This document shows positions 1 to 10,675 of a DNA stretch of 64,000 nucleotides, one piece after another. Made by a program: the position numbers and the translations under genes. Position 1 is the stretch's first letter, and every line of letters begins with the position of its first letter. The notes beneath the pieces are model-generated. The model saw only the letters and a program-made list of their open reading frames with translations, did no database searches and had not been told where the DNA came from. The DNA comes from Paludibacteraceae bacterium (GTDB lineage Bacteria > Bacteroidota > Bacteroidia > Bacteroidales > Paludibacteraceae): NCBI GenBank assembly GCA_028694215.1, contig JAQUTW010000002.1, positions 13,915 to 77,914 on the forward strand, in the 5' to 3' direction.

Positions 1-2111
1 TTATTGATGCGCACAGGAGTACCATAATCATTGAGTCCATACATATATGGATCAAATTCGCCACGCAAATTTAATGAAAAATCTTTAGTAATTTTAATAC
101 GTAAATTAGTTGTGAAATTTGCCCAACGCATCGAATCTGCTGCGAAATTATAACCGCCACCAATGGAGAAGTTATCAATAAGACTAATTTTTTTATAAGC
201 ATCGGTAATGGTGGAATCAGATGTATCGCGTACTTTCATTTCTAAATTATTGGCCAGCATAAAACTTAATGTTCCTGACATCCCCTGACTTGGCACTCCA
301 AATATGCCATGTGAATAAGGAGAGTAGGTCACGGTTTCGTAACGTACCTTGTTGGCATTATTTTTGTCAATGATGGCTTTATCATAGCTGGAATAGAAAC
401 CCCATAAATCCGTTCCAAAATCAGGATGATAATTAAAGGAAATAGAAGGAGTAAAGACGTGCCGAATTCTATCTACTTTATCTCCAAAAATTTTACGAAT
501 AGGAATATAATAACCATATATTTTAGTTTGCAAACTTAAGCTGAAGTTAAAATCATACACCCGATAAAATCCATTGGTCGTATCCCTTACTTCTTGCTGA
601 GTTGGTGTATCCCATGCTTTATTGATACGATTAAAATACCATCGCTCATGATAATTGATAGAAGGCGAGATGTTTAAATATTTAAACAGGTTAAAAGAGG
701 CAGATATGGGTAAATTATGGTCTATACCGTTTTTCCAATCTTTTGTAAACGAAGATTGAAATAACTTCGATTCCTTTGTATCAATACTATTGTTGAACGT
801 CATGGTGTATGATAATGCTATTTTTTCATAAAAGCGCTCTTTGCCAACAGCTTTTTTTCTTTTAAAAGGGTAGAGGCGACTCATAGAAACTCTAAGATTA
901 GGTAATGATATACTGATTGTTGAATCTTGCGTACGCTGACTAACCAATGCGTTGAGTGAAATGCTCCATGGACTTTCAGGAAATCGTTGTGTGTAATTTA
1001 TGCTTGAACTTGTTATGTTTTTTGATTGTTCGGTCGGGTTATAATAATTATTGATATTACTTTGGTTATAACCGCTTGTGGCAAAATCTACCGATGCAGA
1101 CAAAGAACTGTATTGACTTGCTTTAGCATCTTGTTGATGAGTCCAACTGATTTTGAAATTTTTGCTTTTTGAATAATCCGGCATATCTTTTTCCCCCTTA
1201 ACATCTTGGCGGTAGTTAATATTAAAACGTCCATTAAATTTGTAACGTTTTTTGTAATTGCTTGCCAAATTGATGCCCCATGTCCCTTTAGTATAAAGTT
1301 CGCCTGTTAGTTCCAAGTCAAAATAATCATTAATTGCAAAATAATATCCTCCATCTTTCAAGAAAAATCCACGTTCCATTTCATCGCCATACGAAGGCAT
1401 GATTAATCCTGAAGAATATTGACTTGTAAAAGGGAAAAAACCGAATGGAATGGCTAATGGCAATGGTACATCTTCAACAACCAAATACGCAGGACCTGCT
1501 GCAATGTAATGTCCGGGTTGTACTTTCGCTTTTGTTAATTGCAAATAGAAATGAGGGTGATCATGATTATCGCAAGTGGTATATTTACCACCTTGCATAC
1601 ACATTTCATCATCACTCATCTTCTTTGTTTTATCACTAACAATATAACCTTCGCCCTGCTGAGTAACGCCACCCTTTATGTAGCCCTTTCGTGAACTAAA
1701 ATTATAACTTAATGCTTTGGCATTATATTCGTCGTTGCCATCTTTAAATATTGGAGTCCCAAAATCATTACCCAACGAATCTTTTATGCCGGTTGCATGA
1801 ACCACACTACTGTCCATCACCATGTGAATACGTTCAGCTTGTAATTCGATTGGCTTTTCTTGTTTGTAAACAATATTACCACTGCCATACATATAACAAA
1901 TTCCATTTTCAGTAAATACAATAGAGTCGTTGGCATGATAATCAATAGGAGCATCTATGGAATTTTTTGAGGTCGTTGGTTGTATAGGAAGCACAACAGA
2001 GTCCGTTGTTTGTGTTGCAACAGAGTCTAAAACCACTTGCCCAATCACTTTTGCGATAGGGAAACAAAGTAAACACAAGGTTAATATTCTTAATAACCTA
2101 TTGTTTATCAA
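1..2111 (-). CDS. lptD: LptD/OstA-like outer-membrane LPS-assembly protein; C-terminus runs off the window start
   Basis: Absent from the ORF track because there is no stop in the window. My minus-strand translation from TTG at 2111 gives MINNRLLRILTLCLLCFPIAKVIGQ (signal-peptide-like) ...IDYHANDSIVFTENG...YNAKALSYNFSSRKGYIKGG...CDNHDHPHFYLQLTKAKV, typical of Bacteroidota LptD-like proteins. An in-frame TAA at 2132-2130 bounds the start. Confidence 0.7.
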   Translation of the reverse strand, partial: MINNRLLRILTLCLLCFPIAKVIGQVVLDSVATQTTDSVVLPIQPTTSKNSIDAPIDYHANDSIVFTENGICYMYGSGNIVYKQEKPIELQAERIHMVMDSSVVHATGIKDSLGNDFGTPIFKDGNDEYNAKALSYNFSSRKGYIKGGVTQQGEGYIVSDKTKKMSDDEMCMQGGKYTTCDNHDHPHFYLQLTKAKVQPGHYIAAGPAYLVVEDVPLPLAIPFGFFPFTSQYSSGLIMPSYGDEMERGFFLKDGGYYFAINDYFDLELTGELYTKGTWGINLASNYKKRYKFNGRFNINYRQDVKGEKDMPDYSKSKNFKISWTHQQDAKASQYSSLSASVDFATSGYNQSNINNYYNPTEQSKNITSSSINYTQRFPESPWSISLNALVSQRTQDSTISISLPNLRVSMSRLYPFKRKKAVGKERFYEKIALSYTMTFNNSIDTKESKLFQSSFTKDWKNGIDHNLPISASFNLFKYLNISPSINYHERWYFNRINKAWDTPTQQEVRDTTNGFYRVYDFNFSLSLQTKIYGYYIPIRKIFGDKVDRIRHVFTPSISFNYHPDFGTDLWGFYSSYDKAIIDKNNANKVRYETVTYSPYSHGIFGVPSQGMSGTLSFMLANNLEMKVRDTSDSTITDAYKKISLIDNFSIGGGYNFAADSMRWANFTTNLRIKITKDFSLNLRGEFDPYMYGLNDYGTPVRIN

Positions 2112-2263
2112 GTTTTTATAAGTTTCATTTTACGTAGATACACATTCTATCAAAAATTATGCGAATTTAATCAAATATACTAAGAAAACGGTCAAGCTCT
2201 TTGTTTTTTATGTATTTTTAGTACAAAATTTTTTTTTTCGTTGTAAAGCCAATAAAAAATCAC

Positions 2264-2271
2264 TAATTTTG
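2264..2271 (+). promoter_or_regulatory. -7 element TAATTTTG for the amidase gene
   Basis: TAnnTTTG match 27 nt before the ATG at 2298. Confidence 0.55.
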
Positions 2272-2297
2272 CAGATTTAAAAAATGATTTTATTAAA

Positions 2298-3428
2298 ATG
2301 AGGCGTGGTATTGTTTTTATGTTAATGTGTGCTGTTTCCGTTTTATTAATAGCATCACCAAATCATTTTACGGTAGTTATAGATCCGGGGCACGGTGGAA
2401 AAGATCCGGGCGCGTTAGGTAATAATGGACGTGAAAAAGATATTAATTTGAAAGTATCTCTTGCGTTAGGAGATTTAATTACGCAAAGATTTTCGGATGT
2501 AAAAGTCGTTTATACGCGTACTACCGATAATTATGTTACACTTCAAGAGAGAGCTAAATTGGCCAATAAGGAAAATGGTGATATTTTTATCTGTATTCAC
2601 ACCAATGCCTCTCGTTCTTCATCTGCTATGGGTGCAGAAACTTACGTATTGGGGTTAGCTAAATCGGATGCAAATTTTGAAGTTGCTAAACGTGAAAACT
2701 CGGTAATTTTATTGGAAGAAGGCTATAAAGAAACATATCAGGGTTTTGATCCTACATCTCCTGAATCCTATATAATGTTTGAATTTATGCAGGCTACTTT
2801 TTTTGACCAAAGTGTTTTAGTAGCCGATTGTGTTCAAAAGGAATTGACACAACTTAAGCGCCAAGATAGAGGTGTCCGTCAGGAAATTTTTTGGGTATTA
2901 CACCAAACAAAAATGCCAAGTGTATTAATTGAGCTGGGGTTTATCTCCAACAAAGAAGAGGAGAAATTCTTGCTTTCATCTGAAGGACAAGAAACAATGG
3001 CAAAAGCTATTTGCAATGCTTTTGAACGCTATAAACATGAGTATGATAAACGAACATTTTCTCAGCAAAAACAGATAACCACTCAGGTAAAAGATACGGA
3101 TATACTCAAATACAATCAACCTGTAACCTCATCAGATTCTGAAAAAAATGTCGCTCAAGAACCTAAAGTCGTTTATAAAGTACAAATTTTTTCGACTTCT
3201 AAAATTTTAAAAGATTCGGATTCGGCATTTAAAGGATGGAAAGAGTGTGACTTCTATAAAGAAAATGGGCTTGTAAAATATACCTATGGGGAAACGTCTA
3301 ATTATGATACTATCATTTCCATTAAAAACAAATTAAAAAAAGATTTTAAAGATGCATTTATTATTGCATTTTATAATGGGAAAAAAATAACGGTATCAGA
3401 GGCAAAAAAACTACAACAAACAAATTAA
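2298..3428 (+). CDS. N-acetylmuramoyl-L-alanine amidase (Amidase_3) with C-terminal SPOR-like domain
   Basis: The motif VVIDPGHGGKDPGA...FICIHTNA...ETYV is the Amidase_3 zinc-site pattern. The C-terminal VYKVQIFSTSK...IIAFYNGK resembles a SPOR repeat. Confidence 0.9.
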   Translation: MRRGIVFMLMCAVSVLLIASPNHFTVVIDPGHGGKDPGALGNNGREKDINLKVSLALGDLITQRFSDVKVVYTRTTDNYVTLQERAKLANKENGDIFICIHTNASRSSSAMGAETYVLGLAKSDANFEVAKRENSVILLEEGYKETYQGFDPTSPESYIMFEFMQATFFDQSVLVADCVQKELTQLKRQDRGVRQEIFWVLHQTKMPSVLIELGFISNKEEEKFLLSSEGQETMAKAICNAFERYKHEYDKRTFSQQKQITTQVKDTDILKYNQPVTSSDSEKNVAQEPKVVYKVQIFSTSKILKDSDSAFKGWKECDFYKENGLVKYTYGETSNYDTIISIKNKLKKDFKDAFIIAFYNGKKITVSEAKKLQQTN

Positions 3429-3435
3429 TAAAAAT

Positions 3436-4359
3436 ATGAAGAAAATATTCACGCAAGAAGTAAAAATCGGTATAGCATTTATTGTAGCTATCGTTATGGC
3501 ATATATTGGCATTAATTATCTGAAAGGTATTAATATTTTTACGCCGACAAATCATTATTATGCCACATTTGATAATGTAGGAGGATTACTGGTGTCTAAT
3601 TCGGTTTATGTAAAAGGCTATAAGGTTGGTCAGGTGAGAGATATACAATATGATTTTACAAAAGAAAATTCATTTGTTGTAGAACTGACAGTAGAAGATA
3701 ATCTCAAGTTGCCTAAAGGAACAATTGTTCGTTTATATGACGAAAGCATAATGGGAGGGAAGGCATTAGAATTAGTATATAGCGAAGACTTTTCTAATTT
3801 TCACATAACAGGAGACACACTTATTTCCGAAAAGCAAATCGGGTTAATGGGAATGTTGGGAGATTTGGCTCCAAAATTGGAAGGAACCATTAATCATGTT
3901 GATTCACTTATTGTTTCTGTGGATAACCTTGCACGTTCTCAGGAAATAAAAAATAGCTTGAAATCCTTTGAGTCCACCATGGCAGATTTAACAGTAAGTT
4001 CGGCTAAACTTAAGGTAATGATGAATCATCAAGTACCTACTATTCTCGAAAATGTAAATCAAGTCAGTGGAAACTTGAAAAAAGTCAGTGCAGATCTAAA
4101 ACAAATGGATTTAGTAAATTTATATGCCCGCATTGATAAAACGATTGCAAATTTGCAGATTTTTTCGGATAATCTTAATCAAAAAGATGGAACATTGGGA
4201 ATGTTGATGCACGACAAAGAATTATATAAAAATTTGACAGACGTATCATCTAATGCCAATTTACTTTTGCTTGATTTAAAAGAGAATCCCAAGCGTTATG
4301 TTCATTTCTCATTGTGGGGACCAAAAGAAAAAAAGGAGACTAAAAAAGAGCAGAAATAG
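3436..4359 (+). CDS. mlaD: MlaD/Mce-family protein (outer-membrane lipid asymmetry maintenance)
   Basis: An N-terminal TM helix is followed by VYVKGYKVGQVRDI, as in an Mce domain, then a long helical C-terminus. Confidence 0.8.
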   Translation: MKKIFTQEVKIGIAFIVAIVMAYIGINYLKGINIFTPTNHYYATFDNVGGLLVSNSVYVKGYKVGQVRDIQYDFTKENSFVVELTVEDNLKLPKGTIVRLYDESIMGGKALELVYSEDFSNFHITGDTLISEKQIGLMGMLGDLAPKLEGTINHVDSLIVSVDNLARSQEIKNSLKSFESTMADLTVSSAKLKVMMNHQVPTILENVNQVSGNLKKVSADLKQMDLVNLYARIDKTIANLQIFSDNLNQKDGTLGMLMHDKELYKNLTDVSSNANLLLLDLKENPKRYVHFSLWGPKEKKETKKEQK

Positions 4360-4746
4360 GACAATATTTTGCCTATATCAAACAAGCTTTTCTCTTTGTC
4401 TATTTAGAAATATTCTAAATAAAAAAAAAGAAAATTATTATGAGGGTGCTAAAACTTAAGATCAGAATGAACTTTGTATTAAGTTGTTTGGCTTAAAAAA
4501 AGAATAAAGCCCACTTTTTAAAAACAAATTGTTAAACTCTTCAAAATGAGTTGATTTCTATTTCGTTAAAGTGTAATATGTTAATTTTAAGCTATTTACG
4601 ATAACTATTTGAAAACGAAAGAGGTATAAAAAAGAATAATTCTCAAAGCAAAAAAACGATTTTTTTTATCCCAAAATTATGCCGAATTTTGTGTCGAGGA
4701 AGAATCCCTCTTTAGGGATTATTGTTTTACTTTTTTATTATTAGAG

Positions 4747-6141
4747 ATGGCAGACGTTAATGTTTTGTGGGACAATTGTCTAAAAGTAATTAAGGATAAT
4801 GTGTCAGAGGAAGCTTATAAGACTTGGTTTAAACCTGTTGTTCCGTTGAAATATGAAAATAACGAGTTTATAGTTGAAGTTCCCAGTATGTTCTTTTATG
4901 AATATATTGAAGAAAAATTTGCAGAGTTGTTGCGTTTAACCATTTCCAGAGAAGTAGGTGAAAATACTCGTTTGTTATATCGTATTCTTGTTGATAGATC
5001 GTCACAGGCAACAACTGACGTTCCTGCTGCCGTTGTCAATAACCATGAAAAACCATCTCAGACTATTTTAAATGTTATAGAGTCTTCTCCTTTTAAAAAA
5101 GTTATTCGGCAAGATGTTGATCCACAATTAAACACCAGTTACAATTTTAATACTTTTGTAGAAGGTAATAGTAATAAATTGGCTCGTACTGCGGGAATCA
5201 GTATAGCTAATGAACCCGGAAAAACTATTTTTAATCCTTTGTTTCTGTATGGATGTTCCGGCGTGGGAAAAACCCACTTGGTTAATGCTATTGGAGTAAT
5301 GGCTAAACAACTGAATCCGGATAAGCGTGTACTTTATGTTACAGCAAATCTGTTTAAAATACAATATACGGATTCTGTTCGCAATAATACCCAGAATGAT
5401 TTTTTGAGTTTTTATCAAAGTATTGATGTTTTGATTATTGATGATATTCAGGAATTTATGACGACCGGAGTTCAAAACACGTTTTTTCATATATTTAATC
5501 ACCTTCATCAAATGGGGAAACAACTCATATTAACTTCTGATAGAGCTCCCGGAATGTTGGCAGGTATGGAAGAACGTCTTTTAACCCGATTTAAATGGGG
5601 TTTGACAGCTGAAATAGAAAAGCCTGATTTTGAATTGCGTAAGGCTATTTTAAAACAAAAAATTTATAAAGACGGTTTGGATATATCGGAAGATGTTATC
5701 GACTATATTGCTGAAAATGTATCAGATAATATACGAAACTTGGAAGGCGTACTTATCTCTTTGTTGGCGCACGCTACATTAACCGATACCAATATAGACG
5801 TAAAATTAGCACAATCGGTAATTGGTACCGTTGTTTCTGCTGTACCTAACAAGGTGGTTTCAGTAGAAAAAATAAGAGATGTGGTATGTGAATATTATGC
5901 CATATCTACAGACAAATTAATGTCTTCTTCCAGAAAACGAGAAATATCAACAGCTCGTCAGGTTGCCATGTATTTATCTAAACAATATACAAAGAATTCA
6001 TTGTCATCTATTGGAAAAATAATAGGAAATCGTAATCATGCGACTGTTTTACATGCGTGTAGCGTTGTAAACGATTTGATAGATACAGATAAAAATATCC
6101 GTTTTGATTTACAGGAATTGGAAGACAAGTTGAAAAGTTAA
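4747..6141 (+). CDS. dnaA: Chromosomal replication initiator protein DnaA
   Basis: Walker A GCSGVGKTHL, box VII, and the C-terminal DNA-binding helix SLSSIGKIIGNRNHATVLHA. Confidence 0.98.
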   Translation: MADVNVLWDNCLKVIKDNVSEEAYKTWFKPVVPLKYENNEFIVEVPSMFFYEYIEEKFAELLRLTISREVGENTRLLYRILVDRSSQATTDVPAAVVNNHEKPSQTILNVIESSPFKKVIRQDVDPQLNTSYNFNTFVEGNSNKLARTAGISIANEPGKTIFNPLFLYGCSGVGKTHLVNAIGVMAKQLNPDKRVLYVTANLFKIQYTDSVRNNTQNDFLSFYQSIDVLIIDDIQEFMTTGVQNTFFHIFNHLHQMGKQLILTSDRAPGMLAGMEERLLTRFKWGLTAEIEKPDFELRKAILKQKIYKDGLDISEDVIDYIAENVSDNIRNLEGVLISLLAHATLTDTNIDVKLAQSVIGTVVSAVPNKVVSVEKIRDVVCEYYAISTDKLMSSSRKREISTARQVAMYLSKQYTKNSLSSIGKIIGNRNHATVLHACSVVNDLIDTDKNIRFDLQELEDKLKS

Positions 6142-6177
6142 GAAAATATCGTAAAAAATAAGTTTATTACTTTTTTT

Positions 6178-6200
6178 AAGCAGGATTTCCTGCTTTTTTT
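6178..6200 (+). terminator. Rho-independent terminator after dnaA
   Basis: AAGCAGG-ATTT-CCTGCTT hairpin followed by a T7 run. Confidence 0.75.
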
Positions 6201-6232
6201 CGTATATGTGTTGATAATAACAAAAAAATGAG

Positions 6233-6240
6233 TATTTTTG
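6233..6240 (+). promoter_or_regulatory. -7 element TATTTTTG
   Basis: TAnnTTTG match 23 nt before the ATG at 6263, just after the dnaA terminator. Confidence 0.55.
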
Positions 6241-6262
6241 AAGCATAAAAAAAATAACAACT

Positions 6263-6811
6263 ATGGTATATAAGTTTGTATTACTTTCAGATGAAGTGGA
6301 TAACTTTTTTAGAGAGATAGAAATTGATTCGGAAGCAACTTTTTTTGATTTTCATGAGATTATATTAGATTCAGTAGGTTATGCTAAGAATCAAATAACA
6401 TCATTTTTCCTGTGTTCTGACAATTGGGACAAAAAAGAGGAAATAACGTTGTTTGAAATGGATGCAAGTTCAGAGTTTGATAGTTTTGTTATGGATAAAA
6501 CTCAATTAGACGAATTTATTACTGATGAGGGGCAACGCTTGTTGTATGTGTTTGATAACATTACAGAGCGTGCATTTTTTATTGAATTGAAAGAGATTAT
6601 TTTATCGCGTCGGATGGATAAACCTTTGTGTACAGTAAAAAAAGGAAAAGCTCCTGTGCAAATGTTGGATATTGATGATTTTGCCGTTAATAATGTTGCT
6701 AAAAATGATTTTGACACCGACTTTTATGGCGATGAAAACTTCAATGAAGATGAACTAAATGAAGATGGTTTTGGCGATGTTAATTTTGATGATTTGGGAC
6801 ACGAAATATAA
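6263..6811 (+). CDS. Acidic hypothetical protein, possibly pRiA4b ORF-3-like fold
   Basis: The N-terminal YKFVLLSDEVDNFFREIEIDSEATFFDFHEIILDSVGY resembles the pRiA4b ORF-3 family pattern. The tail is very D/E-rich. Confidence 0.5.
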   Translation: MVYKFVLLSDEVDNFFREIEIDSEATFFDFHEIILDSVGYAKNQITSFFLCSDNWDKKEEITLFEMDASSEFDSFVMDKTQLDEFITDEGQRLLYVFDNITERAFFIELKEIILSRRMDKPLCTVKKGKAPVQMLDIDDFAVNNVAKNDFDTDFYGDENFNEDELNEDGFGDVNFDDLGHEI

Positions 6812-6817
6812 ATCTGA

Positions 6818-7717
6818 ATGTCCACACTGATTGTTTTAATTGGTCCTACCGGCGTTGGGAAGACAGAATTAAGTTTACAGTTGGCAAAAGAATATGCCAG
6901 CCCAATTTTTTCTTGTGATTCCCGTCAAATATATAAAGAACTGAAAATTGGAACGGCAAAACCTTCTGATGAACAGTTAGCCATCGTAAAACATTATTTT
7001 ATAGGTTCTAAATCTATTGAAGAATATTATAGTGCCGGACAATATGAATTAGACGCTATTCCGCTTTTGGAAAACGAATTCAAATCTCATAATGTTTTAC
7101 TGCTTGTAGGTGGTTCTATGCTGTATGTTGATGCCATATGCAAAGGAATTGATGATATACCGACCGTCGATGCAGAATTGAGGACAGAATTACAACAATA
7201 TTACATTGAACATGGAATAGAGGCACTTCGAAGGCGATTGTATTTATTGGATAAAGAACATTATAAACAAGTGGATTTAAATAATGCCAAACGCATTCTG
7301 CATGCTATTGAAATTTGCACAATGACAGGCAAAACATTTACGGAATTACGAACCAATCCACATAAAACACGTTCTTTTAATATTTTAAAAATTGGGTTGG
7401 AACGTCCACGTGAAGAATTGTATGAAAGAATAAATCAACGCGTTTTGCAAATGATGAATGATGGTTTAGAGGAAGAAGTTCGTAACTTATATACACAACG
7501 TGAACTGAATGCTTTGAATACTGTTGGTTATAAAGAATTATTCAATTATTTTGAAGGTAAATGGAGCAGGGAATTTGCTATTAATATGATACAACAGAAT
7601 ACACGACGCTATGCAAAAAAACAACTTACATGGTTTAAACGTGATGATGCTATAAATTGGTTTCACCCTGATAACAAAGAAAATATTATGAGATTTGTGC
7701 GTATGCACATAGCATAA
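6818..7717 (+). CDS. miaA: tRNA dimethylallyltransferase
   Basis: P-loop LIGPTGVGKTELS, then DSRQIYKELKIGTAKP and a QNTRRYAKKQLTWF tail. Confidence 0.95.
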   Translation: MSTLIVLIGPTGVGKTELSLQLAKEYASPIFSCDSRQIYKELKIGTAKPSDEQLAIVKHYFIGSKSIEEYYSAGQYELDAIPLLENEFKSHNVLLLVGGSMLYVDAICKGIDDIPTVDAELRTELQQYYIEHGIEALRRRLYLLDKEHYKQVDLNNAKRILHAIEICTMTGKTFTELRTNPHKTRSFNILKIGLERPREELYERINQRVLQMMNDGLEEEVRNLYTQRELNALNTVGYKELFNYFEGKWSREFAINMIQQNTRRYAKKQLTWFKRDDAINWFHPDNKENIMRFVRMHIA

Positions 7718-7732
7718 AATTGAATAGTAATT

Positions 7733-8371
7733 ATGTTTAATATAATTATAACCGGCATTATTATTGGATTATTTGTGTCAGTCCCTGTAGGACCGCTGGG
7801 GATTTTATGTATTCAGCGGACGCTCAATCGGGGACGCGCACATGGAATAATTACCGGACTTGGTGCAACAACGTCCGATTTAATTTATGCTATGTTGGTG
7901 GGGTTCAGTATGAGTATTATCATCAATTTTATAGAAGCTTACCAACTATTAATTCAAATCATTGGAAGTGTGATTATTTGCGGTTTTGGCATTCATGTAT
8001 TTCGCAGCAATCCCTCTAAACAATTAGCTTCTTCTGCGAAGAAGAAATCAAAAGGTGATTATTTTAGCGATTATTTTTCTGCTTTTGCTTTATGCTTTAG
8101 TAACCCATTGATTATATTTCTATTTATAGGATTGTTTGCCCAATTTCATTTTTTTTCTCCTGAACAAAATTTCTACGAAGATTTTATTGGACTAATTTCT
8201 ATTCTTTTGGGGGCATTTTTGTGGTGGGCTTTTCTAACGCTGATTGTCAGCAAATTCCGCAATCAGTTTAATATGCGTGGTTTATGGATACTGAATAAAA
8301 TAACTGGTTCTATTCTTATTGTCTTAGGGGCAGGTGGGGTTCTTTTCTCAATTTTTGATTCTTTTTTATAG
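7733..8371 (+). CDS. LysE/RhtB-family amino-acid exporter
   Basis: Six predicted TM segments. The N-terminal VPVGPLGILCIQRTL is typical of LysE-type translocators. Confidence 0.8.
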   Translation: MFNIIITGIIIGLFVSVPVGPLGILCIQRTLNRGRAHGIITGLGATTSDLIYAMLVGFSMSIIINFIEAYQLLIQIIGSVIICGFGIHVFRSNPSKQLASSAKKKSKGDYFSDYFSAFALCFSNPLIIFLFIGLFAQFHFFSPEQNFYEDFIGLISILLGAFLWWAFLTLIVSKFRNQFNMRGLWILNKITGSILIVLGAGGVLFSIFDSFL

Positions 8372-8378
8372 AGTCTTC

Positions 8379-9269
8379 TTAACCTATTTTATTTCTTGGG
8401 TGCTTCAGAATTTCTTGTTGAAGATGTTTCATGTTTATATGTGTATATATTTCTGTTGTAAGAATGCTCTCATGACCTAATAATTGTTGCACAGCTCTCA
8501 AGTTGGCTCCACCTTCCAACATGTGAGTAGCAAAAGAATGTCGAAAAGTATGAGGACTGATATCTTTTTGAATATTAGCCAATTGTGCAAGTTCTTTTAC
8601 AATAGTAAAAATCATTACACGCGTTAATGGCCTGCCATAATGATTTACAAATAATACATCTTCTGCCTCTTTTTTTATGTCTATTGAATTTCTATCTATT
8701 CTCCACAACTGAATAGCTCGTAATGACGCATCCGACATTGGCACAAGACGTTGTTTGCTGCCTTTTCCTTCTACTTTCATATATTTTTCATTGAAAAAGA
8801 TATTTGAGATTTTCAGATTTATCAATTCAGAAACACGCAAACCGGAACCATAGAGAGTTTCAATAATTGCAACATTTCGATGCCCTTGAGGTTTAGATAA
8901 ATCGACAGCTGCTATAATGGCTTCAATCTCCTGAATCGACAAAACATCCGGCAAATAAACAGAACTTTTAGGCGCTTCCAAAAGTTCTGTTGGATCAATA
9001 GCTATTTGATTGTCGTAAAGTAGAAATTTATAAAAAGAGCGTATTCCTGAAATAATTCGAGCTTGCGAACGCGGTTTAATTCCCATATTCGCAAGCTCAA
9101 TTAAAAAATCTTGTAAATGCTCGATTGTTACGTTTTTAAAGTCAATATGAGCATCGTTTAAATAGTTTAAAAGAATAGTAACATCTCGTATATAAGCTTC
9201 TATCGTATTATTTGATAAAGATTTTTCGAGGAGTAAATATGCTTTATATCTTTCAATACACGATGCCAC
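8379..9269 (-). CDS. xerD: Tyrosine recombinase XerD
   Basis: SNNTIEAYIRD in the N-terminal SAM-like domain. C-terminal catalytic pattern R...HTFRHSFATHMLEGGANLRAVQQLLGH...Y. Confidence 0.9.
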   Translation of the reverse strand: MASCIERYKAYLLLEKSLSNNTIEAYIRDVTILLNYLNDAHIDFKNVTIEHLQDFLIELANMGIKPRSQARIISGIRSFYKFLLYDNQIAIDPTELLEAPKSSVYLPDVLSIQEIEAIIAAVDLSKPQGHRNVAIIETLYGSGLRVSELINLKISNIFFNEKYMKVEGKGSKQRLVPMSDASLRAIQLWRIDRNSIDIKKEAEDVLFVNHYGRPLTRVMIFTIVKELAQLANIQKDISPHTFRHSFATHMLEGGANLRAVQQLLGHESILTTEIYTHINMKHLQQEILKHPRNKIG

Positions 9270-9281
9270 AATCCTGTAAAA

Positions 9282-10202
9282 TTATTTATTGACACGAAAA
9301 CGTTCGTTACCATTCTTCAAGAAATCTACAATTTGGTTAGCTGCTGCCAATCCTGCATTTAGGTTAGCTTCAGCTGTTTGAGCACCCATTTTTTTAGCAG
9401 TAGCAAAAATACGGTTACCAAATTTTTCTTTTAAAACAGCAACAGAATCGGGAGCAATATCTGTAATATATTTAAAATCAGAACGTTCTTCTAATATTTT
9501 TGCCAAATCTTCTTCGTCAATTACTTCTTTGCGCGCTGTATTAACCAAACATGCTCCTTGCGGCATTTGGCTTAACAATTTGTAATTGATGGATTTCTTT
9601 GTTTGTTCGTTGGCAGGAATATGCAAAGAAACATAATTGGATGATTTGTACAACTCATTTAAATCGCCAACCGGCGTTACACCTTCTTCTTTCATTTTTT
9701 CTGCGGATACAAAAGGATCAAAAGCCAAAACATTCATGCCAAAACTTTTAGCCAAATTGGCTACCAAGCGTCCAACGTTTCCATAGGCTTGAATTCCAAG
9801 TGTTTTCCCTTTTAATTCTGTACCTGTTCCGGGAGTAAATTGGTTACGTGCCATATACACCATCATACCAAGAGATAATTCTGCAACGGCGTTTGAGTTC
9901 TGACCGGGAGTGTTCATGGCGACAATGCCACGTGCTGAACATGCTTCCAAATCCAAATTATCAAATCCGGCACCGGCTCTGACTACTATTTTTAATTGTT
10001 TAGCGTGTGCAATAACCTCTTTCGTGACTTTATCGGAACGAACAATCAATGCATCTGCATCGGTTACTGCATCATACAATTTCTGAGGGTCGCTTTCTTT
10101 TTCAAGTAAAGCCATTTCGTAGTTCTCTTTCTCAAGAATTTTACGAATGCCATCAACTGCGGCTTTTGCAAAAGGTTTTTCTGTTGCTACTAATACTTTC
10201 AT
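9282..10202 (-). CDS. serA: D-3-phosphoglycerate dehydrogenase / D-2-hydroxyacid dehydrogenase family (short 306-aa form)
   Basis: NAD fold GIQAYGNVGRLVA, plus RAGAGFDNLDL and HIPANEQT motifs. Confidence 0.8.
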   Translation of the reverse strand: MKVLVATEKPFAKAAVDGIRKILEKENYEMALLEKESDPQKLYDAVTDADALIVRSDKVTKEVIAHAKQLKIVVRAGAGFDNLDLEACSARGIVAMNTPGQNSNAVAELSLGMMVYMARNQFTPGTGTELKGKTLGIQAYGNVGRLVANLAKSFGMNVLAFDPFVSAEKMKEEGVTPVGDLNELYKSSNYVSLHIPANEQTKKSINYKLLSQMPQGACLVNTARKEVIDEEDLAKILEERSDFKYITDIAPDSVAVLKEKFGNRIFATAKKMGAQTAEANLNAGLAAANQIVDFLKNGNERFRVNK

Positions 10203-10204
10203 TG

Positions 10205-10651
10205 TTAATTTCTTTTAAATCGTTTATAAATAGGTTCTGTTGGTTTGTAATCTTCGTTATCCCACAATGTACTGGTAATCATTAAATCGGCACTATAACG
10301 ATTACAAGCAATAGGCACATTATGTACTCTGCATTGACGTAATAACATTTGAATGTCTGCTTCGTGAGGTTGCGGATTAAGGTCGTCAATTAAAAATACG
10401 GCTAAATCAATTTGTTTTCTAACAACTAATGCCGCAATTTCGGCATCTCCACCAAATGGTCCCGAATTCATACACTCTATATCGGCATTTATGCCTTTGT
10501 CTTCAAATGCTTGCTTTATTAAACTGCCTGTAGTTCCTGTACATACAATTTTATGCTGTGAAAGCATTTCGGCATTGTACACTGCCCAATCCACCATATC
10601 CGCTTTGCGCTGATCGTGAGCAACAAGAGCAATTGTCAATCTTTTTTTCAT
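10205..10651 (-). CDS. mgsA: Methylglyoxal synthase
   Basis: IALVAHDQRKADMVDW...CTGTTG...GPFGGD signature at the typical 148-aa size. Confidence 0.93.
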   Translation of the reverse strand: MKKRLTIALVAHDQRKADMVDWAVYNAEMLSQHKIVCTGTTGSLIKQAFEDKGINADIECMNSGPFGGDAEIAALVVRKQIDLAVFLIDDLNPQPHEADIQMLLRQCRVHNVPIACNRYSADLMITSTLWDNEDYKPTEPIYKRFKRN

Positions 10652-10675
10652 AATTTCTTTTTTTTGATTAATAAT

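Noticed and set aside
4360-4746. Possible oriC in the 387-bp AT-rich region upstream of dnaA, and in the 6142-6262 region downstream
   Set aside because: I found no cluster of TTATCCACA/TGTGGATAA boxes. The only weak matches are TTATCCCAA near 4667 and a single 8/9 match, AGTGGATAA, at 6295-6303 inside a CDS. Adjacency to dnaA alone is not evidence in Bacteroidota. A genome-wide GC-skew and DnaA-box scan would be needed.
5128-5523. 131-aa antisense ORF inside dnaA, and similar nested or antisense ORFs inside gcvP, the R-M-S gene, the ABC-F gene, gyrA and others
   Set aside because: These are shadow ORFs fully contained in well-supported genes. They have low-complexity translations and no motifs.
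8379-9269. XerD as the integrase of a mobile island
   Set aside because: It has the typical housekeeping XerD length and motifs. There are no flanking direct repeats, no adjacent tRNA target and no cargo genes, and the neighbours are core metabolism genes.
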